A program made the translations under genes and the position numbers. Source: Adineta vaga (taxonomy: Eukaryota; Animalia; Rotifera). Taken from it: a DNA stretch of 64,000 nt. Below are positions 27,485-39,539 of this stretch, piece by piece. Location: NCBI GenBank assembly GCA_021613535.1, contig CP075492.1:3286001-3350000 (forward strand), written 5' to 3'. How positions within the stretch are numbered: the first letter of the stretch is position 1; the number at the start of each line of letters is the position of its first letter. The notes beneath the pieces were generated by a model that saw nothing but the letters and a program-made list of their open reading frames with translations, was not told the DNA's origin and searched no databases.

Positions 27485-27892
27485 TAATTGATCACATCAA
27501 ACTATCATAATCGATAAGCAATGGAAATCAAATTGTCTGTTTTTCTACTTAAATCGATGTAATTATTATCTATGAAGAAATATTTTTTTATAGAGAATAA
27601 AATTCTACATTTATGTCATCAGTGTCTGGATGATAAAGTTGATTGAATAACAATCGATAAGAAAAGTTAATAAAAATGAATTCTGAATATTTCATGAAAA
27701 TATTTTGATTTTTAATTTAAAAGGATATCATAATGTGTTCTTATACAATCGAGTCTAGTGTAATGATGATCAATATCTCAAAATAGTTTTCTAATCGTTT
27801 AATTCAAAGAAGATACATATGTATCATATCGATCAGTATTATTTCACATTGATCTTATAATAGAAAGTCTAATTATATGAGATTATTTCGTT

Positions 27893-27948
27893 AGAGTGGG
27901 TGTATGGATGTGGATTAGAAGTATAGCCTCACTTACATCTACACCGCA
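27893..27948. repeat. Telomere-like palindromic element (degenerate)
   Basis: GAGTGGGTGTATGGATGTGG...CTCACTTACATCTACACC. Confidence 0.55.
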
Positions 27949-29483
27949 TTTTGCCGTTTTTCTTCTTGTTGTCATGAATTTCACAATGTGCTTACAAACA
28001 ATGATTCCATACGACATCAGTTCAAATGAATTCTTTTGGAAAGAAATCTTTAATGCTATAGACAGTATTTCACTGCCAAAAAGATGATAATGTTCAAACT
28101 TGTTGCACCGCAGTAGAATTTCTTGGAAATTTTTTGAATGTCCATGACAAACAAAATATCAAAATTCAGGAGGAATATGACCGGTTCGTTGCCGTAAAAT
28201 GAGTCTCTTACTTCGAAAACGAGAAAACATTCAATTCAATTTTCGTACTGTTTCTCCACTTTATGGATAAGGATATTATTCATCATATGTACTAGACAAT
28301 GTTAATAGAAAATCTTCATGAAAAAGCTCAATAAAAAACAATAGAAATTTTACAAAAAAGAGAAAGAGGGACGAGTACGTATTTTACACAGATGTGGTTT
28401 TACTAAGAAAATTCTTTGAGAAAAATTTCACGATCGTACGATGTTGATTCATCAGGGAACAATACAAATGAATCGTACGTCGATTGAATTGATCAGAAAA
28501 TATATTGACTTTCACAGACATATTTGATAGAAGAAATTGATGCACGTAGGTTTTTTCCCATAACACATCACCGCACGCGAAAAGAAACATAAAATTTTCT
28601 TTCGTCAGACACTGTTCTGTTATGTGTTATTCGTTAGAAAGTTGTCAAGGTCAACATGTTAATGATGATTATTATCGTTATTATCAGAGAACAATGTCAC
28701 AATTAGAATGTGATATATAATATCGAGAAAATCGTGAATAGAGTAGATTATAGAGAATATATTATGGTTCAACATGCAATTAGAATATCATCGAAGAGAA
28801 CGTGATGAAGTAAATTATAAAGATTTATCAACGAATCCAACTGGATGCACAATGGTTCTTCTATTGATTTATAAGATTGAGAATAATACAACATGGTTAT
28901 TATTTGTAACGAAGTTTCTCAAAGAAAAACGACAAAAATATGAAAAAGAGTCGACTCGACAGTCTTTATTAGCATTTCCATCTTCAAATCCATGTAAGAA
29001 GGGTGAAGATCACACTGAAGTAGCATTGAGAGCATTTACAAACTATTACAGATAGACAAGAAATTCTTGATAATTCTCAGTGAAAATTATTTGTGCTACG
29101 TCTAAAACAGATTCTTAATGAGAAAGTATTCTCAAAAATGAAGATGCTATTAGGTATCTTTATCCATTTCTTACCAGACTTATTTAACAAAACAGCTGGA
29201 GAAGCATTAGCAAAATTTCAAAGGGTGGGTGAGGAATGTATTCTCAAACTCATCCTCAAGAGGTTGTGGATATCATTTTAATGCTCTATTACTTCATTGG
29301 TTTTCTTTATGAGATTCTCAATCAATTACCTGAATGGCCAAATTATTCCGATCGTTTGTCAGAAGATTCAAAATGGTATAAGCAGAGCTTGTCAACATTC
29401 TACTATTCAATTAAAACGAGATATTGATGGGAAAATATTTACATTATGGTCAGTGACAACGAATGTTTTAATATACATTCGAA

Positions 29484-29794
29484 ATCTTGAGAGTGAGGGT
29501 GTGGGTGACGGTCGGATGTAGGTACCATGTTCTCTCAATACTCACCTACAGCCAACGAGGCTATTGCCTATGTCAACCAACAATCATATCCAGATGTCTT
29601 CTTTGGTCTCAAAGGTGGTCCTTAGAATTTTGGTTTTGTAATTAATTTCAACGTGCGTGCCTTACCATAAACAGAAGTGTATGGTGGTGCTCTTTACTAT
29701 GCACAATCTGAATTCGATGCGGTGTGAGTGTGAATGAGAGAAGGGTGACCATAACGTATTTACACTTCAATCCCACAGACATGCACACCTCAAT
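29484..29794. repeat. Two telomere-like palindromes (29484-29553 and 29721-29794) flanking the FAD-oxidase fragment
   Basis: ATCTTGAGAGTGAGGGTGTGGGTGA...ACTCACCTACA and GGTGTGAGTGTG...CCCACAGACATGCACACCTCAA. Confidence 0.65.
29548..29724 (+). pseudogene. 59-codon fragment of a FAD-linked oxidase (BBE/VAO family, fungal-like)
   Basis: Manual translation TANEAIAYVNQQSYPDVFFGLKGGP*NFGFVINFNVRALP*TEVYGGALYY matches the PDLF..L(K/R)GG..NFG.V motif. Two stops. Confidence 0.7.
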
Positions 29795-31023
29795 ATGTGT
29801 AATCTACTATATCTGATTTTGAATCAAGACGGTGATCATCATTTCACAACTTGTGAGTCTCGAATCCTCACAATAAAAAAACCCATTTACTATAGCTTGA
29901 GGAGATGAAGCACAATATAATGAAGGATAATGTCCATTTATTTGGGAAAGAAACGATTGCGAAACAGAAAAAAGAAAAGCAACTCTCTATATAAGTATGG
30001 AAAAGAACGTCTAGGCGAAAGAAAAAAAGAAATAGATCATTGTGACGAGTACATAAAAAATAAGAGCAAAATACATATATCACAGGAACGAAAAACTGTA
30101 AATATGTATCCCACGGAAATTTTTTTTAATAAATACAGCGGTAATTAACGGTTTATTACTTGCGGTTTTGAATGGTGATTTTGTAGCGAAAAAGTCAGAC
30201 CTTTTATTAGGTTTTTCTACACCGCCCGAAACCGCCGTATGTTCAAACCGTGGTTATTAACGATTTTTGAAAAAATATAATTCATCGTATTGATGGTATA
30301 TTATTTCTGACATCTATCTGGTAATCTTTAACTTTTCTATGTTTGTAACCTATCCATTATCTTAAGATGATACTTTAACACTTCGGTCAATTCATTAAAT
30401 ACCACTATCTATTTTTTATTTATTTTCTTCTGATTAGATTCGAACTTCTTATCGAGTGATTGCAATCCACTAATTCCATTTAACCGTCCGGTGATATTCA
30501 TACTAATATCAGATATGATAGTCTAATCTAATCAGTGATAAAAAATCTTCTCATTTAAACTGATATGTTTCATTTATTAGTAGATTTATAAGAATCTTAT
30601 AATTCCTAATAATTTATATCTCATTTATAATTTTATTAAATTTTATGAGATATTCATGTTGATGATGTGCTATACGGGATATATATAAAATCTTATTTAT
30701 CACTCATAGTCATGATAATTAAACTATAAACACAATCTATTCGAATAAAATCATTTCTGGAGACAAATATACATTCATGAGTATCTTTAGTTGATGAACT
30801 GCGTTATCATGTGTTACGACAACGTCTAACTATTTTAAATATTATTACAGTTCTGCCTATATGTAGGTTTGTACGTCAGAATGCATGAGAATACTATTCG
30901 GTAGACTTATCTTGATTCCATCAGTCGAAAAAATAGATTTGTGTTTATTTTTATCTCTGAACTTTTACTATCTCATGAACATATTGTCACAAATGATCAT
31001 GTCAACGAAATCTGACTATAATA

Positions 31024-31312
31024 CCCAGACAGACAAAATCGATAAAAAACGCGATTCGCGAGAAAAAAACAACGTTCTTATATTGTTTTTTTTCCAACAA
31101 AACGTATATTTACCGTGTTAAAAAATACACTTTTGAACCCGTATAAACGATGTTTTTTCTTCCCGACAGAAAATAGGCAATAACAACGTTTATACGGGTA
31201 CAAAAGTGTATTTTTTAATACGGTAAATATACGTTTTGTTGGAAAAAACCAATATAAGAACGTTGTTTTTTTCTCGCGAATTGCGTTTTTTTATCGATTT
31301 TGTCTGCCTGAG
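31024..31312. mobile_element. Fold-back MITE with ~130-bp inverted repeats, flanked by TA
   Basis: 31024-~31154 is the near-perfect reverse complement of ~31182-31312. TA at 31022-23 and 31313-14. Confidence 0.9.
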
Positions 31313-32007
31313 TATCTTTAAGATGTATTCATGTCTATTTTCACTCAATATAATATTAGATTAATCTGTAACGTCTATTTGAATTTAGTTTAATAATTTC
31401 TTCGCAATTTGACTTTCAGAACAAGTCTTTTTATCTCATCTCATTTCATTTGTCAATGGAAAAAAACTGAATCTAACTTCAATCAGAAATATCTTTTGTT
31501 AAATTTAACTGTGATTATATGAATGGAAATTGTTGTGATATATCATTATGACAAAAATCACATAAAAAATATGACCATATTACTAACACGAAATCATTTA
31601 GAACAATGATATCTTCGTACATAATGAGGAGATCGCGGTTTGTAATAGAAAGTTCGCAAAATATAATATCGTAATGTATGGTAATTCTCGAATACCGCAA
31701 ATAATCTATGTCTTATCAAGCTTTTCTGAAACCGCGTCCTTCAGCGGTAGCGACTTAAATATTTTCCCGTGGGTAGATATGTGGAAGAAAAAGAAAGCTG
31801 TACAGAAAAGAAAAGAAAAAAACATAACACGCAGTTATCGTCCGTCTTAAGATAAAAAAATTGACACCAAGAAGTAATTTTGTGGCGTTCTTATAGAACG
31901 CGAGAAGCCTATATAGTAATTTACATTTTCATTTGATCAATATTTATTTTCAGATTGGTCTGAAACGAATCGGAACGAGTGTTGATGGTCTTTTTTTAAC
32001 AAAAATA

Positions 32008-34170
32008 ATGCAATCAACATCTGATGAAACTAATCTTGATACAATATGGCAAATTTGGTTATCGAATTCAGTTGATCTTTCCCAATTAATGGCTGATACT
32101 AGAGAACAATTTCGATCATCAATTAATTATGTAAAAACATATACAAATCGTATTGAATGTGAAGAATTTATCCGTTCTGTTTCATCGAAAGATCGAATTA
32201 TTTTCATTGTTGATGATCTATTAGCTGAACAAATCATATTTCAAATTCATGATCTTCAACAATTATGTGCCATTTATGTTTATACTACTAATAGACAAAT
32301 AAATCAATCCAAATTTAAACAATTTTCTAAAGTAATCCTATACATATTGAAGATCTTATGTAACTCTTTTTCTTTTCTTTCTCAGTTTCGAGGTTTTCGT
32401 ACACATATAAGACAATTGATTGCTTCAGATCGAAGACGTAATGATAGACGAGAACGTCGACGAACAGGAGAAGAAGCTGCTGAACAATTTACATTTAATA
32501 TATTCAATAATGAGCTTGATGAAGATAAATCAACTGGTGAATTAGATGGACAATTTGTACATTCTCAATTATTAATCGATTGTCTTCAACGAATGAAATC
32601 TACCTCAGAAGAAATTAAACAATTTGCAACATTTTGTCGAAAACAAAAAGAATGTGAAAAAGATACAAGATATTTAAAAATTTTAGATGAATTTGAAAGT
32701 GATTATTCAATGGAGAATTCATTATGGTGGTATACTAGAGATTCATTTGTTTATCGTATGTTAAACAAAGCACTTCGTGTACAACATACTGATATGTTAT
32801 TTCTCTTTCGTTTCTTTATTCGTGATCTTGCACAACAATTAAAAGAAAATCAATGGTTATTACCTGGATCTGTTTATCGAGGTCAATCATTATCGAAATT
32901 GGAACTTCAAAAACTTCAACAATCTGTTGGAAAATTAATTTCAATTAATTCATTTTTATCAACAACATTATATCGGGAAGTAGCATCGATTTATCTTGGA
33001 GATATACCAGATTTTGAAAAAGTTTTATTTAAAATTGATTTTAATCCTTTCGTTGATGGTATTAAACCATTTGCAGATATAACATTTTACAGTGAATTTC
33101 CTCAAGAAGGAGAAATTTTATTTATGTTAGGTTCAGTTTTTCTTATCGAAGATGTTTATTGTGATGAAACAAATACATGGATTGTTCAATTGAATTTATG
33201 TAGTGATCATGATCAAGTTTTGAAATCAATTTTTCAATTTCTAAGAAAAGAAGCGAGTCGATGTGATTTAGATTTATTAGTATTTGGAAATGTTTTACAT
33301 GATATGGGACAGTATGAACAAGCGAATAGCTATTATAATCGATGTTTACAATTATTACCATCGAATGATCAAACTTGGAAACCTTATTGTTATTATTTAT
33401 TAGGATTAATCGCAACTGAAAATGGTCGAAATGAAGATGCTCTTCATCTTTTTGATAAATCTCTATCTATTCGAACAAAAACTTTAAGTCCATCGGATCC
33501 AAGTATTGCTGATACCATCAATGCTATTGCTCGAGTATATTTCATCAATGGTAACTTAGAACAAGCATTTGAATTGTATAAAAAAGCATTGGATATATTT
33601 CATAAAGCATTTGGTGAAGATGATTTAACAAGCGCTATGACTTATACGAATATGGGTGTCGTTTGTCGAGCACAAGAGAAATATTCTGAAGCACTTGATT
33701 ATCATATGAAAGCATTAGACATTCGTAAAAGACATCTTCCATCGGATCATTTTCGTTTTGGTACATCGTATAGTAATATAGGTGAAGTTTATCATGGTCT
33801 TGGCCAATATGATATTGCTTTAAAACATTATGAATCAGCATGTAATGTCTATAAAACGTCATTACCATCACGGCATGTTGCTATTACAATATTATTGATA
33901 AATAAAAGTCGAATTTATGAACAGCAAAATGATTTTCAAGAAATTTTATCATGTTATAAAAAAGCTTTTACTATTTGTCGTTGTATATGGCCGGAAAAGA
34001 ATCATTATCTCACAGAAATCAAAAGTATTATCGACAAGGCGGAAAATACTCAAGAAATACAATTGTTGAAATCATCTGGAACAATTTGGATTAAGCTATT
34101 ACTTCCTTTCAAATGCATCGCTTCTCTTGATCCACGTTCAGCATATAGAAAAGGGTGTGGGTGTGGGTGA
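32008..34170 (+). CDS. Arginine-type ADP-ribosyltransferase (ART) + TPR protein
   Basis: WWYTRDSF, VYRGQ, SFLSTT, QEGEILF (R-S-ExE), then ~42-aa TPRs. Probable in-frame 54-nt intron 32332-32385. Confidence 0.9.
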   Translation: MQSTSDETNLDTIWQIWLSNSVDLSQLMADTREQFRSSINYVKTYTNRIECEEFIRSVSSKDRIIFIVDDLLAEQIIFQIHDLQQLCAIYVYTTNRQINQSKFKQFSKVILYILKILCNSFSFLSQFRGFRTHIRQLIASDRRRNDRRERRRTGEEAAEQFTFNIFNNELDEDKSTGELDGQFVHSQLLIDCLQRMKSTSEEIKQFATFCRKQKECEKDTRYLKILDEFESDYSMENSLWWYTRDSFVYRMLNKALRVQHTDMLFLFRFFIRDLAQQLKENQWLLPGSVYRGQSLSKLELQKLQQSVGKLISINSFLSTTLYREVASIYLGDIPDFEKVLFKIDFNPFVDGIKPFADITFYSEFPQEGEILFMLGSVFLIEDVYCDETNTWIVQLNLCSDHDQVLKSIFQFLRKEASRCDLDLLVFGNVLHDMGQYEQANSYYNRCLQLLPSNDQTWKPYCYYLLGLIATENGRNEDALHLFDKSLSIRTKTLSPSDPSIADTINAIARVYFINGNLEQAFELYKKALDIFHKAFGEDDLTSAMTYTNMGVVCRAQEKYSEALDYHMKALDIRKRHLPSDHFRFGTSYSNIGEVYHGLGQYDIALKHYESACNVYKTSLPSRHVAITILLINKSRIYEQQNDFQEILSCYKKAFTICRCIWPEKNHYLTEIKSIIDKAENTQEIQLLKSSGTIWIKLLLPFKCIASLDPRSAYRKGCGCG

Positions 34171-34205
34171 GAGTCAAGAGAACAGGCACACACACACACA
34201 CATCC
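34152..34205. repeat. Telomere-like element overlapping the ART-TPR stop codon, with (CA)n right arm
   Basis: AGGGTGTGGGTGTGGGTGAGAGT...CACACACACACACACATCC. Confidence 0.7.
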
Positions 34206-34678
34206 ATGGGAGTTATAACTACAGCAACTTTAACTCAAACAGTGATTTTTAAAAATTTTCTTTTTTCTATTGATTTACTAAAATAAAGTAGTGACGACTT
34301 GATCATATTAGAGAAAAAACCATTCTGTTCTGATGAATCGAGATGAAAAATCGATCTATTTTTTTTATTGTAGAACCTTAAGTTAAATAGGTCATTTCTA
34401 TATTTTTATGAAGTTCCGATAGAGAAAAAGTCACATCTTTCTGCACAACGATTGACATGCTTTAGGTTTTATAGTTTAGTATAGAAAAAGAGCTGCTGCA
34501 ATAATAATTATTTTTCTCTTAAAATGAATTTAATGTACTTTTGATATAATATGTATATTATTCAATAGAGTACAGATCAGTTATTTATCTCGAAGAACAG
34601 AATGTTTTTTTTTCTCATAAATATACTATAAAATCAAAGTAGTATGGTGAATACTGTCTCTCCAAGTTATAAATAATA

Positions 34679-35143
34679 ATGAAAATGATTTTCGACAAGA
34701 ATAGTTTCATAGTTTTGTTACTGATCATCGTTACAAGTTGCATCGCATGGAATGTTAGAAATCAAACAAGTAAACTCTCGTGTGATAGGGCATATTCTTA
34801 TCTTACGGTTTGTCCAAATCGTGTCTATGGCAATCTCAGTTTTATTGAACCTTATACGAATGATTGCGATACTACGATTATTGATATGCATATGAATCTA
34901 TCCAATCTAACTGATACTCTTTATTTTCATCATTATCGTGGTAATATTATAACTCAATGTGCGCCTAACGATATATCTAATTACACCATAATTGGTCATG
35001 CATATTTCACTGATAATCATTTTAATGGTACTGCAAGTATGTGTAATGATGATTGTGTTGATATTTTTTTTAAGGGTAAATATGAATTACATGGTGGTAA
35101 TGGTACTTGCTATCGCGTTTTCACTCTAGGTCCTGTCTGTTAA
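34679..35143 (+). CDS. Small secreted Cys-containing protein of unknown function
   Basis: Signal peptide, several Cys and N-glycosylation sequons, intronless 154-aa ORF. Confidence 0.7.
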   Translation: MKMIFDKNSFIVLLLIIVTSCIAWNVRNQTSKLSCDRAYSYLTVCPNRVYGNLSFIEPYTNDCDTTIIDMHMNLSNLTDTLYFHHYRGNIITQCAPNDISNYTIIGHAYFTDNHFNGTASMCNDDCVDIFFKGKYELHGGNGTCYRVFTLGPVC

Positions 35144-35234
35144 TAACACTATAGTTTTCTGGGGTGAAGGAAGTTTTTTTTATTAGAATATTAAAATGAA
35201 TTTATATTGAATCATTGCATTTGAAAATTTTCAC

Positions 35235-37613
35235 TCAAGCACAGTCGACACCGTGTGTAGTAAGAATAAAACGAACTGTGTCATTTGTACTGGAAGTCCA
35301 ACAACTAGGCCATTCTAATCCATCAAGACCAATAGTGAAAATTGGCCTAATAGGTTCATTGAATACACCTTGAGCAGTGATTATTATTTGATTATTCTCA
35401 GTATCATGTACAATAGATTTGAATCGTTGTTTACTAATGCCTGCCCATTTATCATCGTCTGTAAGAAGTGCCCATAATGGGTAATCTTTCAATTGCCATA
35501 TAGGTGATATATACCAAACACAGAAGTTTAATTCATGACAACGATCAAATGGAATAGTTAAAGGATGAGATTCATCGAAAATTGCAGGGAGTGTGTAACC
35601 ATCCTGTATGTAAATAACTCCTCGTTTAGCACCAATCATCGAAGGATATATTACATAATCTCTTTTTATTGTCGATGCGAATATAACATGAAATGTGTCA
35701 TTATCTCTAAATAGAGAAAAAACTTTCATAATTAAACAAAATGAAAATAAAAATTACATAGTTGTTTTTGTTGAATAAACTTCTCCTTGTGAAACACTAT
35801 CATTGAATGCCCAATCCGATAGTAAAGCATTTATCATTGTTATTGGCTGATCAGGTTTTAAAATCAAACCATCAGATCGGCAACATTGCATAGTTTTATC
35901 ATAGTTGGCATAATGAATCCCGTCACCAGGAGTAACAGGTCCTGTTGACAGAGTCGCTATTGCTATTTCTCGTCTTGCTTGTATTTCATGAGGAGTTGGT
36001 GTATAGTTCGCCGCACCAGGCTGTGATGCAGTTGACCAAAAAACATCTTTAAATGGTGCGAGACCAATAGCATCAGCAAATATACTTGATATGCCAATAG
36101 TCCATTGTTGTGCTTTACCTTCAAGATGAAAAGCATAATCAGTTGATACTCTTGTTTGTGTAACACGTGGAATTTCCAAAGCTGTTAAAATATGTCGAGG
36201 TAAACTCATACAATATTGTATGGTTATATTTAATTTTTCCGCTGCATTACCCATTGACATTAACCATTGATGTCCAAGATGAATATCGGTATATAATGGT
36301 TCAAAATCTTCTGTTTGTGTAATAAGCCAATCTTGTTCATAAACTATTAAACCCCATTGTTTACCTTGAGTAAATAAATCAATCCAAAATGAATCATTTC
36401 CAACTGGTAATGATTTTCCAGTTTTTTCATCAAATACGAAAGAATAATTGTTTTTATAAACTGTATCATATGACCAATATCGATTATGTGCTACCAAAGG
36501 AATATTTTCTGATCTACGATGAAATTCTGGTAAACCATGAGGAAATATATCTGGGCGAGCAATCCATTCCGAAACACCACCATCAATACCTTTATAATAC
36601 CACCAAGAATCAATTTGTAGATAATGTAAAGGAAGAGATATATTATGAATAACATCGAGCATTGTTTGCTCATAATTTGTATTATTTTCTGTATTATAAT
36701 AATAATAAGCACCATTATCAGTATAATAACCAAGTTTATTTATTGTAAGATCATTAATTCGATATTTATTTGTACGATTATATGCTTTTTGCATCGTTTG
36801 ACCCCACAACCTCGCACCCTCATTGATGCCTTTCGATGAATAGAAAACAATTAATGAATGATTATAATTTGGTGTTATTGAAAACATCGAACCCATAACA
36901 CCATATTCTAATGTATTATTTGTTTGTGTTAGTGATGTTGCCATAAATTTAGAAAATGGTGAAATAACTAACATATCACCTTCACCTCGTTGTGTTTGAT
37001 TAAAAAGAATAATTGGCCCACCTTCGAAACCTGAATGAACAACTTTACTTGATGAATTCCATTCACCTGCATGTTTATTACCATCACCTGTCATAACTCC
37101 TATATATTATGTCAAATATAAAATAAAAGAGAGTGAGAGAGACAAGATCTGACCTTCGAATGTAAAATAAGCTCGTTGATCATTATCATCATTTTTTTCA
37201 ATATTAAAAGATGGAAAAATTGTTCGAACTTGATTTTTATCAAGAGGAATTGTATTCGCTAATGTTTGATCACCTGTATTCAAATGAAATGTAATTGCTG
37301 AAATTTGATCCCATTGACGTATGCTAGCAACTATTTTTGTATGTATACCACTACGAATAAGATCATAATTCAATTGAGTTTCATTCCAATTACCCAAATA
37401 TCGATCTGTACCTTGATCAGTAGTTATCGTTACCAATGATAATGATTTATCATCTGATGAATACCATTTATTATCTGTATATAGACCTATTCGAGACGAA
37501 CGGAGCCATTCTTTGCCATTAATAAGAATTGTATATCCTCCCGTTCGATTGATTGATACTTTCATATCGCTCAAACATACAATTATCAACGAAAACAATA
37601 TAAGAAGATGCAT
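35235..37613 (-). CDS. Secreted glycoside-hydrolase-like (TIM-barrel, clan-D-like) protein, 3 exons
   Basis: Signal peptide MHLLILFSLIIVCLS. Exons 37613-37154, 37099-35758, 35706-35235. YLQIDSWWY, FPHGL, YEQDW and RVSTDY resemble GH27/36/31 motifs. Confidence 0.7.
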
Positions 37614-37887
37614 TTTAATCAGTTTGTTCTTTTTTTGTCTGTCTAAAATGAAAAATATACGCACATTATATACACAGTTATCTCCAAAGAGATAAGCATG
37701 TAAATGTTCTTTGTATACTGTTTCAAAAACTTGTTTTTGAAGATATTCTTGTGTAATTAAAAAGGAAACTTTCATTTTGACCTACTGATCTAGAATGTTT
37801 CATGTTTTTCGTACTACAGTTTCACAATATTTTTTCAAATTACAAAAAAAACATTTGCTACTGTGCGTAGTCAATCATACTTAACCA

Positions 37888-37952
37888 TGAGTGTGGGTGT
37901 ATGTGTACTTAGTATATTTAAAAAATCAATCCTACTTACACCCACACCCTCA
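37888..37952. repeat. Telomere-like palindromic element
   Basis: TGAGTGTGGGTGTATGT...ACTTACACCCACACCCTCA. Confidence 0.8.
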
Positions 37953-38168
37953 TTTGATTAACTGTATTCTACTTCAAGTGTATAATTACTAGTTTGAAAA
38001 TTATCAATTAGAAAATGCATTCAAATCGAGAAATATCATGAAACTCTTCTAAAACTCCACATGTAGCAAATAGTTAATTAGATATTATGAACATTATCAA
38101 GGGATTGAACGTTGTTTTTTTCTTGTATAAGTTCAACAGAATTATCATTCGTTATTTTACATTTAAAA

Positions 38169-39197
38169 ATGAGCACATCATTAGCAATTGTAAGTAGACA
38201 AATCGTTATCTATGGTGGAATACCCGTTTGTATTGTTGGTATTATTGGAAGTGTTTTAAATCTAATAATCTTTTTATCATTGGAAACTTTTCGTAAAAAT
38301 TCAAGTGCATTTTATTTAATAATTATGTCAATGTTTAATATTGGTCAATTATCTATAGGTTTTTTCTTTTCACGTATTATAACTGCTTTAATTGGGACAG
38401 ATGGAACAACATTCTCAATATTTTATTGTAAATTACGAATATATTTAATTCAAATATGTGTTGGATCATCATTGACATGTTTTTGTTTAGCTACAATTGA
38501 TCAATTTTTTGCTACTTGTTCTCATCCTCGTTGGCAACAATTAAGTAATATTAAAATAGCATATCGTCTCGTAATTCTAACTATCTTTTTCTGGATATGT
38601 CATGGAATACCATATTTAATTTATTATAAACATATTCAATCATTTACAACTAATACAATTACTTGTGAAAGTGAAAACATCTTATTTAATAATTATCGTA
38701 CTTACGTTTTTGTTCTTATATTAATTGGTTATCTTCCAATTATCTTTGCAGTTTTATTTGGTTATTTATCTTATCATAATATTCAACAAATAACTTATCG
38801 AACTGTTCCAATTATTCGACGTGAATTAGATAAACAATTAACAAGTATGGTTTTAATTCAAGTCATTTTTAACATATTTACTCTTTTACCATATACAACT
38901 TTCAATGCAATTGCAACGAATGCAAATTTTACTAATGATCCAAATATTCAACTACAATTGCAATTGATTTTAAATGTAATTATAATTATTTACAATATTT
39001 ATTTTGCAGTAAGTTATAATCTTTAAAAGAAATCTATCATTTTCTTCCTTTTTGCCCATTTTTAGAGTCCTTTTTATATTTATATCTGTGCATCCGAACG
39101 TTTTCGTAAACAATTCATGTATGTCTTATCAAAATTTCATTTAAATCAATGTAAACAACCAGAAATGGTTCATAATCAAATAATACCGGAAAAATGA
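38169..39197 (+). CDS. Rhodopsin-like orphan GPCR, 2 exons
   Basis: Seven TM segments, ATIDQF. Intron 39009-39065 yields the SPFYIYICASERFRKQ tail. Confidence 0.9.
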
Positions 39198-39415
39198 ACA
39201 GCAGTAAACATTAGTTTTACATTCAGCATTATCTTCTTTTCATGTAATGAATCTATTGTATTGAATGAATTGAAATTTATTAGAGACTCTAACGAAAGAA
39301 GAATGGAATAGTCTGCTTAGTATTTGCTATGATATCATAAAAGTACTTTTTTTACATTAAATATACCAGATCAAGATCATTTTTATGAAGCATTAAGGTG
39401 TTCTCGATTATACGA

Positions 39416-39473
39416 TTAAGTGTGGGTGTGACTAGCATATGTTTACACTTCGATTCCACTCACACACCTTTAA
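39416..39473. repeat. Telomere-like palindromic element
   Basis: TTAAGTGTGGGTGTG...CCACTCACACACCTTTAA. Spacer TTTACACTTC is shared with the 29721 copy. Confidence 0.7.
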
Positions 39474-39539
39474 ATAATCATAAACCTTAGAGTCAGAATC
39501 ACGTATTCTTTTTAAATACTTTTATTAATAGAATGTCAA

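Noticed and set aside
28600-29450. Broken ORFs with a faint NUDIX-like look
   Set aside because: The motif is too degenerate. It can only be called probable decayed coding sequence.
34152-34170. True telomere or chromosome end
   Set aside because: Only 2-3 repeat units, internal, and paired with an inverted C-rich arm.
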